Assembly (NCBI GenBank): GCA_963713975.1
Contig: OY970218.1
Location: 1,152,001 to 1,216,000, forward strand
Reading direction: 5' to 3'
DNA: 64,000 nucleotides
Source: an uncultured Chloroflexia bacterium
GTDB lineage: Bacteria > Chloroflexota > Limnocylindria > Limnocylindrales > CSP1-4
Part shown: piece by piece, positions 38,784 through 48,765 of the stretch
Position numbering within the stretch: position 1 is the stretch's first letter
Layout: each line of letters opens with the position of its first letter
Made by a program: the position numbers and the translations under genes
Notes under the pieces: model-generated
Told to the model about the DNA's origin: nothing
Database searches by the model: none
What the model saw: the letters and a program-made list of their open reading frames with translations, nothing else

Positions 38784-40490
38784 TCAGTCGTCCAAGTGGT
38801 GCTCGAGGTATTCGTGGACGTAGCGGACCGCGACGGAGCCTTCCCCGACGGCCGAGGCGATCCTCTTCGTGGACCCGGCCCGGGCGTCACCGACGGCGAA
38901 GACCCCGGCCATACTTGTCCGGAGTGGTGATCCTTGGAGGCCCGGAAGGTACTCGCTCGCATCGCCCGTGAGCACGAACCCGCTCTCATCACGCCGGATG
39001 TCCGGCGGCAGCCAGTCCGTTCGCGGCGTCGCCCCGATCAGGATGAAGGCTGCCGCCACCAGGCGCTCGGTGGTCTGTCCGGTCAACGCGTCCCGCAGCG
39101 TCACCGCGGCGAGCCGGTGCTCGCCAAGGGCGTCGACAACCTCCGTGTTGGTGACGACGACCACCTTGCCGGAGGCTTCGATCTCGCGGACCAGGTACTC
39201 CGACATCGTCTCCTTGATCGATGGGCCGCGGACCACGAGCGTTACAGTCCGGGCGAATCGACACAGATGGACCGCGGCCTGCCCCGCCGAGTTGGCGCCG
39301 CCCACAACGATCACGTCCTCGTCGCGCATCGCCGGCGCCTCGGATGTCGCGGCCCCGTAGTACACGCCACGGCCCACGAGGCGCTCGAGCCGGGCGACTC
39401 CGAGGCGACGGTACTCGACACCGGTCGCCAGGATCACGGCGCGGCCCTGAACATCGGTCCCGTCATCGAGCGCAACGGCACGGTCGTCGCCGTCGGCTCG
39501 AAGGCCGACCGCCCGGCATCCGAAGAGGAACTTCGCGCCAAGGAAGTAGGCCTGACGGTAGGCGCGCGCCGCAAGGTCCTGACCGGAGATGCCGGAGGGG
39601 AACCCGAGGTAGTTGCGGATCAACGAGCTCGTTCCCGCCTGGCCACCATGGGTGTCGTGGTCGATGACCAGCACGTCGAGGCCCTCTGACGCGCCATACA
39701 CGGCCGCCGCGAGACCGGCAGGACCTGCCCCGACGATGATCAGGTCGCAGCGCGCGTCGGCCGGGCCGGCGTTCGCCCCGACAGCCATGGCAATGTCGGT
39801 GACGCTCGGCTGGACCAGGACCCGTCCGTCGTGGAAGACGGCGACCGGCAGGCCCGCGTTGGCGCTCGCCAGGCGGAGCAGGCGTTGGCCCACCGACGAG
39901 CCTGGTTCGTGGAACGCTGCCGGGATCGAGCTCCGCTCGAGCATGTCGCGGAGCGTGTGGGTCTCCGGCGACCATCGCTCGCCCACGACCTGGACGGCCT
40001 CGAAGCCAGAGTGTCGCCGTCGCGCCCAAAGGTCGAGCAGCTCGCTGATACCGCCGAAGAACGCCTCATCCGGGTCGGCCGTCGGTGCAACCACGAGCCT
40101 GTCGAACTGGCCCAGGACCGATGCTCGGACCAGGTCGCTCTTCGCCTCGGGGTCACGGCCCCATGCCTCCGCCCAGTCGACGAGCAAGCCCCTGCTGGCA
40201 CCCGGCGCCGTCACGAGCGCGTCGGCGAGGACCTCCCCCCCAGATGCGTCGGCGAGGCGACGGCCGACAATGACCAGGGCCGCGTCACGTCCGGCGGCCG
40301 TGAGCTCCGATAGCCGTGCCAGGCTTTCGGCACGAGTGGTGCATCCCAGGATCTCGTAGTCGCTGCCGAAGCGGCGCTGGAGCACGGCGCGTACCTCCGC
40401 GAGCCGTCCGGCATCAGCGAGGACGACCAGGAGCACCGGCGCCGACGGCTGGGAGTTGGTGTGGGCTGGGCTCCGCGGGTCGTCGTCCAT
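38784..40490 (-). CDS. Receiver-like domain fused to thioredoxin-reductase-like flavoprotein
   Basis: GAGPAG, GGQAGTSSLIRNYLGFP, GGANSAG, FAVGD; GAATSE in place of CxxC. Confidence 0.88.
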   Translation of the reverse strand: MDDDPRSPAHTNSQPSAPVLLVVLADAGRLAEVRAVLQRRFGSDYEILGCTTRAESLARLSELTAAGRDAALVIVGRRLADASGGEVLADALVTAPGASRGLLVDWAEAWGRDPEAKSDLVRASVLGQFDRLVVAPTADPDEAFFGGISELLDLWARRRHSGFEAVQVVGERWSPETHTLRDMLERSSIPAAFHEPGSSVGQRLLRLASANAGLPVAVFHDGRVLVQPSVTDIAMAVGANAGPADARCDLIIVGAGPAGLAAAVYGASEGLDVLVIDHDTHGGQAGTSSLIRNYLGFPSGISGQDLAARAYRQAYFLGAKFLFGCRAVGLRADGDDRAVALDDGTDVQGRAVILATGVEYRRLGVARLERLVGRGVYYGAATSEAPAMRDEDVIVVGGANSAGQAAVHLCRFARTVTLVVRGPSIKETMSEYLVREIEASGKVVVVTNTEVVDALGEHRLAAVTLRDALTGQTTERLVAAAFILIGATPRTDWLPPDIRRDESGFVLTGDASEYLPGLQGSPLRTSMAGVFAVGDARAGSTKRIASAVGEGSVAVRYVHEYLEHHLDD

Positions 40491-40864
40491 GAGGCAACCC
40501 TACAAAGGGCCGTAGCTGGACAGCCGCCGCACGTTTCGTAGGACACACAATCGAGCAATGGCGATTGTGACGCCGTGTCTGGCGCCGGCTGGATCTAGGT
40601 GTCGATCGCGGCCGCCAGGGCATCGAACCAGGCGTCGAGCACTGCCGAGAATGCCGACCCAAGAACGCCCGTGTCCGGTCTCGGCAGGCCAGAGGGCTGC
40701 CGTATCGGCGCCATGTCGCGCATGTCAAGTGCGCGAAACGCGCGTTTGAAATGCGCGGCCGTGCTGCCGGCAGCTCGGCCCACGGAAGTCGGGCAGCGAG
40801 CGACTACCCGCACGTATCCCGATGTGTCGGGAAGTGCCACTCGACCGCGATGGGGATCTCTGCG

Positions 40865-41422
40865 TCAGGGCGCGCGCCGGTAGTGCATGGCGACCGCGCC
40901 GCAGCGAAGCGGCTTCGCGGAGACCAGCTCGAGCCGGCGCGTGCTCGCCAGCCCGCTCTGATACAGGGTCGGGCCGTGACCAGCGACCCTCGGGTGGACG
41001 AGGAATTTGTACTCGTCGATCAGATCCAGCCGGTCCAGCTCGGTCGCCAGCTTGCCGCTACCGAGGAGCACGCCGCCCGGGGTCTCGTCCTTGAGCTGCT
41101 GCACGCCCGTGCGCAGGTCGCCCGCGATGTGGTGGCTGTTGCTCCACGGGAAGTCCGTTCGCGTCGACGACACCACGTACTTCGGCTTGGCATCCAGCTT
41201 GACCGCCCACTCGCGCATCGCCGGCGGCGCCTCCTCGTCGCCCCGGGCGACCGCCGGCCAGTAGCTCTCCATCATCTCGTAGGTGACGCGGCCCCAGAGG
41301 ATCGCCCCGCCCTCGTCCATGAGGCGAGTGAAGTAGGCGTGTGTCTCGTCGTCGGCGATCCCCTCCTGGTGGTCGACGCAGCCGTCCAGGGTGACGTTGA
41401 TGCTGAAGGTCAGGAGTCCCAT
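40865..41422 (-). CDS. Dihydrofolate reductase-like (RibD C-terminal) protein
   Basis: INVTLDG, WGRVTYEMM, KYVVSST, GSGKL, LIDEY. Confidence 0.9.
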   Translation of the reverse strand: MGLLTFSINVTLDGCVDHQEGIADDETHAYFTRLMDEGGAILWGRVTYEMMESYWPAVARGDEEAPPAMREWAVKLDAKPKYVVSSTRTDFPWSNSHHIAGDLRTGVQQLKDETPGGVLLGSGKLATELDRLDLIDEYKFLVHPRVAGHGPTLYQSGLASTRRLELVSAKPLRCGAVAMHYRRAP

Positions 41423-41635
41423 GCGGCGAGTCTATCGGCCTTGGCGACTCGCCCTTCGAGCCGTGCGGTTCAATCGGGTCGGAGCGTCTGATCAGGGGTT
41501 CCCGGTACACTCCGCGCTGCGCCCAGACCGCTTCCGCCGCGCCTGTACGGATGGCGACGGATCCACGTCGACGAGGTCGGGCTCCGCAGGCCCCGAGTTG
41601 CCGCATCAGCCCATGGCACCCGACACGGAGGCATC

Positions 41636-42301
41636 ATGAAGCTGCTCCTCACATCCGGGGGCGTCACGAACACGAGCATTCATGACGCGCTGATCGACCT
41701 GCTCGGCAAGCCGATCGCCGAATCGACGGCGCTCCTCATCCCGACGGCGCAGTGGGGTCACCCGATGTGCGGACCCGCCTCGGTGCGGGGCTTCGTCACC
41801 GGCCTGCCCCCGTGGGGCGGCATGGCCTCCCTTGAGTGGAGGTCGCTCGGTCTCCTCGAGCTGACTGCCCTGCCCACGATCACCGCGGAGCGCTGGGTCC
41901 CTTGGGTCCGAGAGGCGGATGCGCTGCTCGTGGACGGCGGCGACGCGACCTATCTGTGCCACTGGATCCGAGAGTCCGGCCTCGCCGACCTGCTGCCGTC
42001 GCTGACCGACACCACCTGGGTCGGGGTGAGCGCCGGGAGCATGGCGATGACGCCGCGGATCGGTGACTTCTTCGTGGAGTGGCCGTCCGCGCCGAACGAC
42101 CGCACCCTCGGGATGGTCGACTTCTCGATCTTCCCGCACCTGGACGTCTTCCCGACGAACACCCTCGCGGCAGCGGAGCGCTGGGCCGCCGGCATCGACG
42201 GCCCCGCTTACGCCATCGACGACGAGACCGCCATCCGGGTTGTAAACGGCAGGGTCGACGTCGTTTCCGAGGGGACCTGGAAGCTACTCGGCTCCCGGTA
42301 G
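41636..42301 (+). CDS. Peptidase E (S51, class I GATase-like)
   Basis: MKLLLTSGG, IPTA, VDGGD, GVSAGSM, FPHL, YAIDD. Confidence 0.9.
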   Translation: MKLLLTSGGVTNTSIHDALIDLLGKPIAESTALLIPTAQWGHPMCGPASVRGFVTGLPPWGGMASLEWRSLGLLELTALPTITAERWVPWVREADALLVDGGDATYLCHWIRESGLADLLPSLTDTTWVGVSAGSMAMTPRIGDFFVEWPSAPNDRTLGMVDFSIFPHLDVFPTNTLAAAERWAAGIDGPAYAIDDETAIRVVNGRVDVVSEGTWKLLGSR

Positions 42302-42339
42302 TCCGCCGCTGCGGGGATGCCGTCGGCAAGGGGGACGAG

Positions 42340-42665
42340 ATGAGCGAGCAGGGCTGGCTGGCGTTCCTCGACGCCGAGGGTGTGGATGACTGGGTCAGAA
42401 CCGCCGACGAGATCCTCGCCAAGGCGGTGCGCAAGCGCCCAGCCACTTCCGAATCGGGGCACTAGGGCATCGAGCCGGAGCATGTCGGCCTCGCCCGGGC
42501 GGGGTCCCGGGCGGCGCGGTCACACGGCGCAGTCGCGGCCTGGAGTGAGGTGCAGGAGGTGCAGCTGGCGGTCGCCGCGAAGCCGGACGCCATCGACTTG
42601 GGTTTCTGGCGAGCCGGCCTCGACTACGCACCGATGCACGAGGACAACGCGATCGACCCGCCCTC
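42340..42665 (+). pseudogene. Disrupted pterin-dehydratase-like/VOC family gene
   Basis: MSEQGWLAFLDAEGVDDW at the start, and ...VQEVQLAVAAKPDAIDLGFWRA...DNAIDP resuming after 42465; truncated. Confidence 0.55.
42391..42465 (+). mobile_element. IS630-family right-end remnant
   Basis: WVRTADEILAK...TSESGH-stop ending in CACTAG resembles IS630 transposase C-termini (W.KTADEIL...SGH*) that end in the terminal IR. Confidence 0.6.
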
Positions 42666-42749
42666 ACGCCGACTCGCGGCGAGGCGACCGTCCCGGTCCC
42701 CAATGTCGAACTCGACCCTGACGAGGAGGCGCTGGACCTCGCAACGCAG

Positions 42750-43817
42750 CTACTCGCCAGCTGCCATGAGTTCAACAAGCTCCGGGACATGAAGGGGCAA
42801 GGCGCTCAATCGCTCGGACGGCGCATACCAGCGCCCTCGCGTGGCGCCGCGCGGCTCGAGCCAGCCAGCCCTCGAGAGGCGGCCGAGTTCAGCCCGAGCG
42901 GCTGGCAGCGAGCGGCCGGTGAGCCCGGCGAGCGCTGCGGTGCGCAGCCGACCGACACGGGCGGCGAGAAGCGTCGGGGCCCACTCGAACGGCTCGCCTG
43001 CGTCGGCGAGCACCGAGACCAAGAGCCCGATGTCGGTCGGGAGCCGGCCCAGGAGCCGATTCCGAGCTTCGAGTCGATCCAGCGTGATCCTGGTGTAGTA
43101 GTCGAGCCATTCGGTGACCGGATGTTGATCAGCGTCGTAGGTTGGTCCGAGCGTCGTGCGCAAGGCGTCGATGTACTCGTCTCGGTTCCGGCGAAGGTAC
43201 GCCTCGATGCTGATCAGCTCCGGCGAGTGAATGCCGTCTCGGACGAGCTCCATCGCGGCGAGGATCCGCGCCGTCCGGCCATTGCCGTCGTTGAACGGAT
43301 GGACGGCGATGATGTTGAGATGGAGTAGCGCCGAGCGAACAAGCGGCGGAGTTTGGTCCGCGAGCCTGAGCCAACCGATCAGCTCGTTCATCAGGTCCCG
43401 GACTACGAGCGGGCTCGGTCCTGTGAAGATCCCCACGAAGACGTCTTCGCCCGGACCCCGGTAGTCGCCGCGGGTGTCTTGCGGGAGCCCTTCCATGACG
43501 GTCGCATTGATCAGCTGGATCACCTCATGCGACCAGGCGAACCCCGGACGGGCCGCGGCGTCGCTGGCAAGGTTGAGCGCCCGGTTGTAGTTCTCTACCT
43601 CGCGGATGTGACCGGCGTCGGCGTCGACCGCTGCGCCGGCCAGGATCTCCTCAACCTGATTCGGCGAAAGAGGATTGCCCTCGATGCCTGTGCTTCCTGA
43701 GATCGCCGCATCTCGGGCCGCTGGCCACATGGCGAGCATTCGCCAGTTTCCAGGGCCAAGCTCCACATCGCGACGGGCAGCGTCTTCCCACCGGTCGAGC
43801 CGTTCCCGAATGGTCAT
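42750..43817 (-). CDS. Fic-domain protein with C-terminal wHTH
   Basis: STGIEGN inhibitory-type motif, HPFNDGNGRTAR, GATRGRWY tail. Confidence 0.92.
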   Translation of the reverse strand: MTIRERLDRWEDAARRDVELGPGNWRMLAMWPAARDAAISGSTGIEGNPLSPNQVEEILAGAAVDADAGHIREVENYNRALNLASDAAARPGFAWSHEVIQLINATVMEGLPQDTRGDYRGPGEDVFVGIFTGPSPLVVRDLMNELIGWLRLADQTPPLVRSALLHLNIIAVHPFNDGNGRTARILAAMELVRDGIHSPELISIEAYLRRNRDEYIDALRTTLGPTYDADQHPVTEWLDYYTRITLDRLEARNRLLGRLPTDIGLLVSVLADAGEPFEWAPTLLAARVGRLRTAALAGLTGRSLPAARAELGRLSRAGWLEPRGATRGRWYAPSERLSALPLHVPELVELMAAGE

Positions 43818-43918
43818 GGTGGGCGTGTACGTGAGGTGGAGAGTCATTCGCTTGGCGCACGAGCGGTTACCGTCGAGAGGATGATAGAAGCAATTCGCTC
43901 GTCGCGCAAGCGGTTTCT

Positions 43919-43945
43919 TGGCGCGCCCACAGGTGTCGGGCGCGC
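43919..43945. repeat. att-like site B
   Basis: TGGCGCGCCC-ACA GG TGTCGGGCGCGC (1-bp deletion in the left arm), followed by a diverged tail TGVGRAATMRFVKVPIA. Confidence 0.75.
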
Positions 43946-43992
43946 GGCCACCATGCGTTTCGTCAAGGTCCCGATCGCGCCCCGAGGCCTGT

Positions 43993-44601
43993 ATGGGCGC
44001 GCTCGAACTGTTCCTGCACGCTCCGGATCCGGGCGTGCCCGAGCTTGTGCGCGCCGCTATCGTCCACGTCCAGTTCGAGACGATCCACCCGTTCCTCGAT
44101 GGGAACGGACGTGTCGGGCGGCTCCTGATCCCGGTCATGCTCGCGCACGCTGGCATCCTGCGGCAGCCGCTGCTCTATCTGAGCCTGTTCTTCCGCGAGC
44201 ACCGGGACGAGTACTACCGGCTCCTCGGGCAGGTCAGGACCGACGGTGACTGGGAGGCCTGGGTTGACTTCTTCCTCGAGGGCGTGGAGCAGACCGCGGG
44301 TGGTGCCGTTGCGACGGCGAACCGGTTGCTGGAGCTGATGCGCAGGGATCAGGTCAGGGTCGCGGGCCTGCAGCGGTCGGCTGGCGCGGCGTCCCGTGTG
44401 TTCTCGGTTCTCTGCGAGCGGCCGATCGCGTCGGTGGGCGATGCGGCCTCGCGTCTCGGCGTCTCCCTGCCGACTGCGACGCGCGGCATCGGGGCCCTCG
44501 CGGGCCTCGGCATTGTCAGCGAGATCACCGGGCGTCAGCGCAGCCGCCTCTACGCGTACGACGAGTACCTCTCGATCCTGACGCGGGAGCCGGCGGCCTG
44601 A
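43993..44601 (+). pseudogene. Fic-family protein, N-terminally truncated
   Basis: HPFLDGNGRVGR and C-terminal HTH (EITGRQRSRLYAY); the usual N-terminal half is absent and replaced by site B. Confidence 0.78.
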
Positions 44602-44775
44602 GTGCGGCCAGGCCCGCGAGCGACTCTCTCCCGCGGCCGGACACGGACATTGTCGCGACAACTGCACGCAACTCGCTTGATCCGAGTGAGCCTCTGGGGC
44701 ACGCTCTGGGCACCAGGTCCAGCGGATCGGATGGCTCGACCACCCCGGCCGCCAAGAGGGCGGCTGGTGCGGCTC

Positions 44776-44830
44776 TTTGGCGCGCCCGACAGGTGTTGGA
44801 CGCGCGATTTCAACCTACACCATCCCGATC
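44776..44830. repeat. att-like site C
   Basis: 55 bp identical to 46544-46598. Confidence 0.9.
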
Positions 44831-45077
44831 TGGGGCCGCGACGAGTGGCTCGCCGCGGCGGGCCTGAGTGCGTGCGGCCAGGACCCGGAGCTAACGAAGT
44901 CAGCCCATGCATCCTCCTGCCGCTCCCGGGCGCGATCCTTCGCGCTCCTGGGGCTCGAGGCCTCGGCCTTCTGGCGGGGCGTGACGTGAGGACGGTTAAG
45001 GCATGAACGCAGCGGACCCGACTCTGCGTTTCTGCGCGTGCTTCGCGCTCCTGCGAGTCGCGTATGCTCTGACCCCC

Positions 45078-46055
45078 ATGGCCGACTTCGTCACTTCTCT
45101 TCCCAAGGCCGAGCTGCACATTCACGTCGAGGGGACGCTCGAACCCGAGGTGATGTTCGCCCTTGCGGATCGCAACGGGATCACGCTTCCCTTTGCCACG
45201 GTCGAGGCGGTGCGGGCCGCCTACGAGTTCACCGACCTGCAGTCGTTTCTCGACCTGGTCTACCAGGGCGCTGCGGTGTTGCACACCGTCGAGGATTACG
45301 ACGGCCTGATGTGGGCGTACCTGCAGCGGGCGCACGCCGATGGAGTGCGTCGCGCCGAGATCTTCTTCGACCCCCAGGTCCACACCGAGCGGGGCATCGG
45401 GTTTGAGGTATTCATGAATGGCTTCGCCCGAGCAAGGCAACGCGCCGCGGCCGAGCTCGGGATGACCACGGCTCTGATCATGTGCTTTCTCCGTCACCTC
45501 CCTGAGTCGGCGGCGCTGCGCACGCTCGAGGCCGCAGGGCCGTACCTCGATCAGATCGTTGCGGTGGGCCTGGACTCGTCAGAGGTCGGACATCCACCCT
45601 CCAAGTTCGAGCGCGTGTTTGCCCGGGCGCGGGAAGCGGGGTTGCGGGCGGTGGCGCACGCCGGGGAAGAGGCGCCACCGCAGTACGTGTGGGAGGCGCT
45701 CGACCTACTAGGGGCGGAGCGCATCGACCACGGTGTCCGTGCCGAGAGCGACGCGGCACTGGTGTCCCGGCTGGCTGCCGACCGCATCCCGTTGACGATG
45801 TGCCCGCTCTCCAACGTGCGGCTGCGGGTCATCGATCGGATCCAGGACCACAACCTCAAACGGCTGCTCGATCGCGGGGTGGTGGTGACGGTCAACTCCG
45901 ACGACCCTGCGTATTTCGGCGGCTACATCGGGGACAACTACCGGGCGGCCCAGGCCGCTCTCGGGTTGAGCGACGCCGAGATTCGAACCCTCGCCCGGAA
46001 CTCGATCGGGGCGAGCTTCGCCGACTCAGCGGAGAAGGCGCGCCTGCTGGCGTAA
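45078..46055 (+). CDS. add: Adenine/adenosine deaminase
   Basis: LPKAELHIHVEG, FFDPQ, AHAGEE, RIDHG, CPLSN, NSDDP. Confidence 0.93.
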   Translation: MADFVTSLPKAELHIHVEGTLEPEVMFALADRNGITLPFATVEAVRAAYEFTDLQSFLDLVYQGAAVLHTVEDYDGLMWAYLQRAHADGVRRAEIFFDPQVHTERGIGFEVFMNGFARARQRAAAELGMTTALIMCFLRHLPESAALRTLEAAGPYLDQIVAVGLDSSEVGHPPSKFERVFARAREAGLRAVAHAGEEAPPQYVWEALDLLGAERIDHGVRAESDAALVSRLAADRIPLTMCPLSNVRLRVIDRIQDHNLKRLLDRGVVVTVNSDDPAYFGGYIGDNYRAAQAALGLSDAEIRTLARNSIGASFADSAEKARLLA

Positions 46056-46110
46056 CTGCCGCTCGCGTTCGTCTGAAGCTCTCTGGCTGGCGGTGACGTG
46101 ATCTAACGAC

Positions 46111-46643
46111 CTCACGCAGGTCGAGGGAATCGAGCTCGACGACGCGACCATCGGCGCCGTCGTCGCCAGCCTCGGGTCCGGTCCCCGGCCGGTGGCGATC
46201 GACCAGGCGCGGATCGATCGCCAGATCCGCGAGCTCGCCCTGGAGCACGCCGCGGCCGCCTCCAGGACGCCGTCTACCTCGAGCGGCTCCACGAGCTCCG
46301 GGGGGCCAGGGAGAACTTCGAGCGAACGAGCGCCGACGGGATCTCGCCCGAGCGGGCCGTGGCCCGGCTGCGCGAATTGTCAGCGACGTGGCGCGCAGCC
46401 GAGGTTCCTGCGGAGAAGGCCGACCTGCTCCACGCCATCTACGACCGAATCACCGTCGCAGGGAGGAGGAACGTGTCCGTCAGGCTCACTCCGTCGGCAC
46501 ACACCCACGGAATCGCGCTGGCTCTGCCGGAAAAAGGTCGCAATTTGGCGCGCCCGACAGGTGTTGGACGCGCGATTTCAACCTACACCATCCCGATCGA
46601 CGGCCGCGATGAGTGGCTGGCAGCGGCAGGGCTGCGGGCATGA
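46111..46643 (+). pseudogene. C-terminal remnant of a large serine recombinase (coiled-coil region; frameshift near 46255)
   Basis: ARIDRQIRELALEHA/GRLQDAVYLERLHELR...W...EKADLLHAIYDRITV is typical of LSR C-termini; catalytic domain absent; reads through site D. Confidence 0.7.
46544..46598. repeat. att-like site D
   Basis: 55 bp identical to 44776-44830; lies within the recombinase reading frame (LARPTGVG). Confidence 0.9.
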
Positions 46644-46942
46644 GGGACGGCTACCAGCGCGGCGAGCTGACGCGAACTCGAACCGCCCGTCAGGTGGAGG
46701 TGCTCGCCGCATTCGTGGCGGCCGGAGGCTCCGTGCTGGCGGCAGCACAGGTGGTCGGGATTCGGCCGAGTACCGCCAAGCGACACCTCGCCGACCTGCG
46801 TGCCCGGTCGGGCCTCACGACCCAGCAGCTGATCTACAGCGGTCGAGCTGAGGGCTGGCTCGTTGTTCCCAGCCTGGAGCCGACATGTGGGACGGGGCGG
46901 TGGCCAGCCGGGCCGGTGCTCCATTCGCTGTCGGACGTCTGA
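46640..46942 (+). CDS. Small LuxR-like HTH protein, copy 2
   Basis: Close paralog of 21680-21928; ATGA overlap with the recombinase tail. Confidence 0.75.
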   Translation: MRDGYQRGELTRTRTARQVEVLAAFVAAGGSVLAAAQVVGIRPSTAKRHLADLRARSGLTTQQLIYSGRAEGWLVVPSLEPTCGTGRWPAGPVLHSLSDV

Positions 46943-47005
46943 ACACGGTCATGGGTCACCGGAGTGGCCAGAGCCCTACGGGCTGTCTGACCTTCCCCAA
47001 GATCC

Positions 47006-47413
47006 CTACCCGGCAGAGGTGGTCGCGATGTAGCCGACGAGTAGCGCGGCCACGATCGTGACTGAGGCCATGCCCCATCGCTCGAAAGGGTGCCGCCCGG
47101 TCAGGTTGGACACGGTGTTGAGCGCCAGGAAGCCGGCGACAACCCATGCCGCCCAAACCAGTGCCTGGCTGCCAAGGAAGATCGGCGTGACGTGAGCCCG
47201 GCCGAGCACGATCCAGGCTGCGAGAACCAGGATGACCGCGCTGCCCAAGGCGATCGCACGGTACGGCGGCTGCAGGACACCGTCGACCGTCGCCGCGCGG
47301 CCGCCCATCGTGGCTTCACCAAGTGGCAGCCCGGCCGCGAGCGCCACCTGGAAAGCGGCAACACCTGCCATCAGCACTGCCGCGGCAACCGCCGCAAGCT
47401 CGACGGGGGTCAT
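47006..47413 (-). CDS. Hypothetical 4-TM membrane protein
   Basis: FQVALAAGLPLGEATMGG...ALNTVSNL...ERW family-like pattern. Confidence 0.75.
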   Translation of the reverse strand: MTPVELAAVAAAVLMAGVAAFQVALAAGLPLGEATMGGRAATVDGVLQPPYRAIALGSAVILVLAAWIVLGRAHVTPIFLGSQALVWAAWVVAGFLALNTVSNLTGRHPFERWGMASVTIVAALLVGYIATTSAG

Positions 47414-47916
47414 CGATCTATCCAGACGATCGTGAGTGCGACGGCCGTGACGAGGAGACCGACGCCGTAGACGGTGTGGGTCGCGAGGTTCCGAAGCCGC
47501 GCCGCGCGGGGATCCGGTGTCTTCGACCCTGCGATGCCGGCGCCCATCCCGGGCTGAAGGATGAACCAGGGAGCGACGATCGTGCCCAGGCCGATCAGCA
47601 TCGGGGGCAGGATGGTTGGAGAACGAGCCCAATCAAGCCCCCAGACCGCAAGGAGCAGGAACGCGAACGCGATGCCGATCGAGTAGTGGGCCACCCAGCC
47701 GAGCGGCCGTTCCCCGCGGATCGGTTCGGCGGACGCGATGCGTTCGTGGAAGAAGCGCCGCCGCGGGAAGTGGCCGATCCACCGCCCCAACATGGCGTAG
47801 TCGAGGCCTCGGATGTCGAATGCGCGACGCGCGAACAGCGCCCAGGCATCCATCAAGACGGCAGCTCCGACACCGATGAGCACACCCCGCGCGAGAAACT
47901 CCACAGCGTCAATCAT
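47410..47916 (-). CDS. DUF2938 family membrane protein
   Basis: GVGAAVLMDAW, GRWIGH, LGWVAHY, MGAGIAGSKTP, H.VYG.GL. Confidence 0.82.
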   Translation of the reverse strand: MIDAVEFLARGVLIGVGAAVLMDAWALFARRAFDIRGLDYAMLGRWIGHFPRRRFFHERIASAEPIRGERPLGWVAHYSIGIAFAFLLLAVWGLDWARSPTILPPMLIGLGTIVAPWFILQPGMGAGIAGSKTPDPRAARLRNLATHTVYGVGLLVTAVALTIVWIDR

Positions 47917-48015
47917 CGGAGCACTCGGTGACCCGGTATATCGCTCTGCGGAGCCCCCAGAGGATGCGGAGGACATGGCGTGGGACCGGCCGCTCCTCCG
48001 GAGCCCCTTCGATGG

Positions 48016-48765
48016 TCACGCGGCACCTGCCTTGGCCGCGAGCCCGACCGGCGCCGGCCCGGACGGCTGAGCCCGACCTGGCTCTTCCGAGAGCGCGATC
48101 GGGGAGTTCTCGTTGAAACCCTTGAACGTCAGCCAGAGACCGAGCACCAGTTCCCAGATGAAGAACGGCAGGACCGCGACGACGTGGAACGGGGTCCCGG
48201 GTGCAGTCAGGCCGAGCATCATGGCGATGACCCAGGTGATGAGGATCGGCGCGCCGATGAGGCCGAGGGCCGGGATCGCGCGAGGGACCAGCCGCGCCCG
48301 GTAGAGTGCCGTGCCGAGCATGAGCGCGTTGAACGCTGCCATGTTCCCGCCGATGACCATGGCCCACGTCCGGATGTCGATGAGGGCGAGTGCGGCGGGC
48401 TGGAAGGACGCGGCGTCGGCCGCGGTCGCGGCTTGCTGGTGCAGCGAGGTGACGGCAAGCAGGCCGAGAACGCCCACGGTGATCATCGCGCCCTCGAACA
48501 ACCGGGTTGACAGGTAGCCGATCGCCAGGCCCTCGTGGGCCTTCTTGATGACCGAGAACAGGGCGACTCCGCAGCCAATGAGTGCGAACACGTTGACGAG
48601 CTCGAAGATGGCTCCGAGGGCGACCTGCTGGTCCGCCCCGGGGCCGGTGATGTAGTTGGGATCGCTGATGGCCGGGCCGACGAGGGCCGCTGCCCCAATC
48701 GATCCGAGGAACGTCACCAAGTAGAGGATCCCGCCGACTAGCGCGGTCTTTCGATACGAGGTCAT
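48016..48765 (-). CDS. DUF4386 family membrane protein
   Basis: RKTALVGGILYL, LYRARLVPR, WELVLGLWLTFKGF. Confidence 0.85.
   Translation of the reverse strand: MTSYRKTALVGGILYLVTFLGSIGAAALVGPAISDPNYITGPGADQQVALGAIFELVNVFALIGCGVALFSVIKKAHEGLAIGYLSTRLFEGAMITVGVLGLLAVTSLHQQAATAADAASFQPAALALIDIRTWAMVIGGNMAAFNALMLGTALYRARLVPRAIPALGLIGAPILITWVIAMMLGLTAPGTPFHVVAVLPFFIWELVLGLWLTFKGFNENSPIALSEEPGRAQPSGPAPVGLAAKAGAA

Noticed and set aside
40500-40860. Short ORFs or RNA element between the TrxR-like and DHFR-like genes
   Set aside because: No motif, RBS or consistent codon bias to support a call.
21586-46598. Repeats as a CRISPR array or REP elements
   Set aside because: Spacing is kilobases and irregular, no cas genes are present, and the repeats match a tRNA end within recombinase coding sequence.
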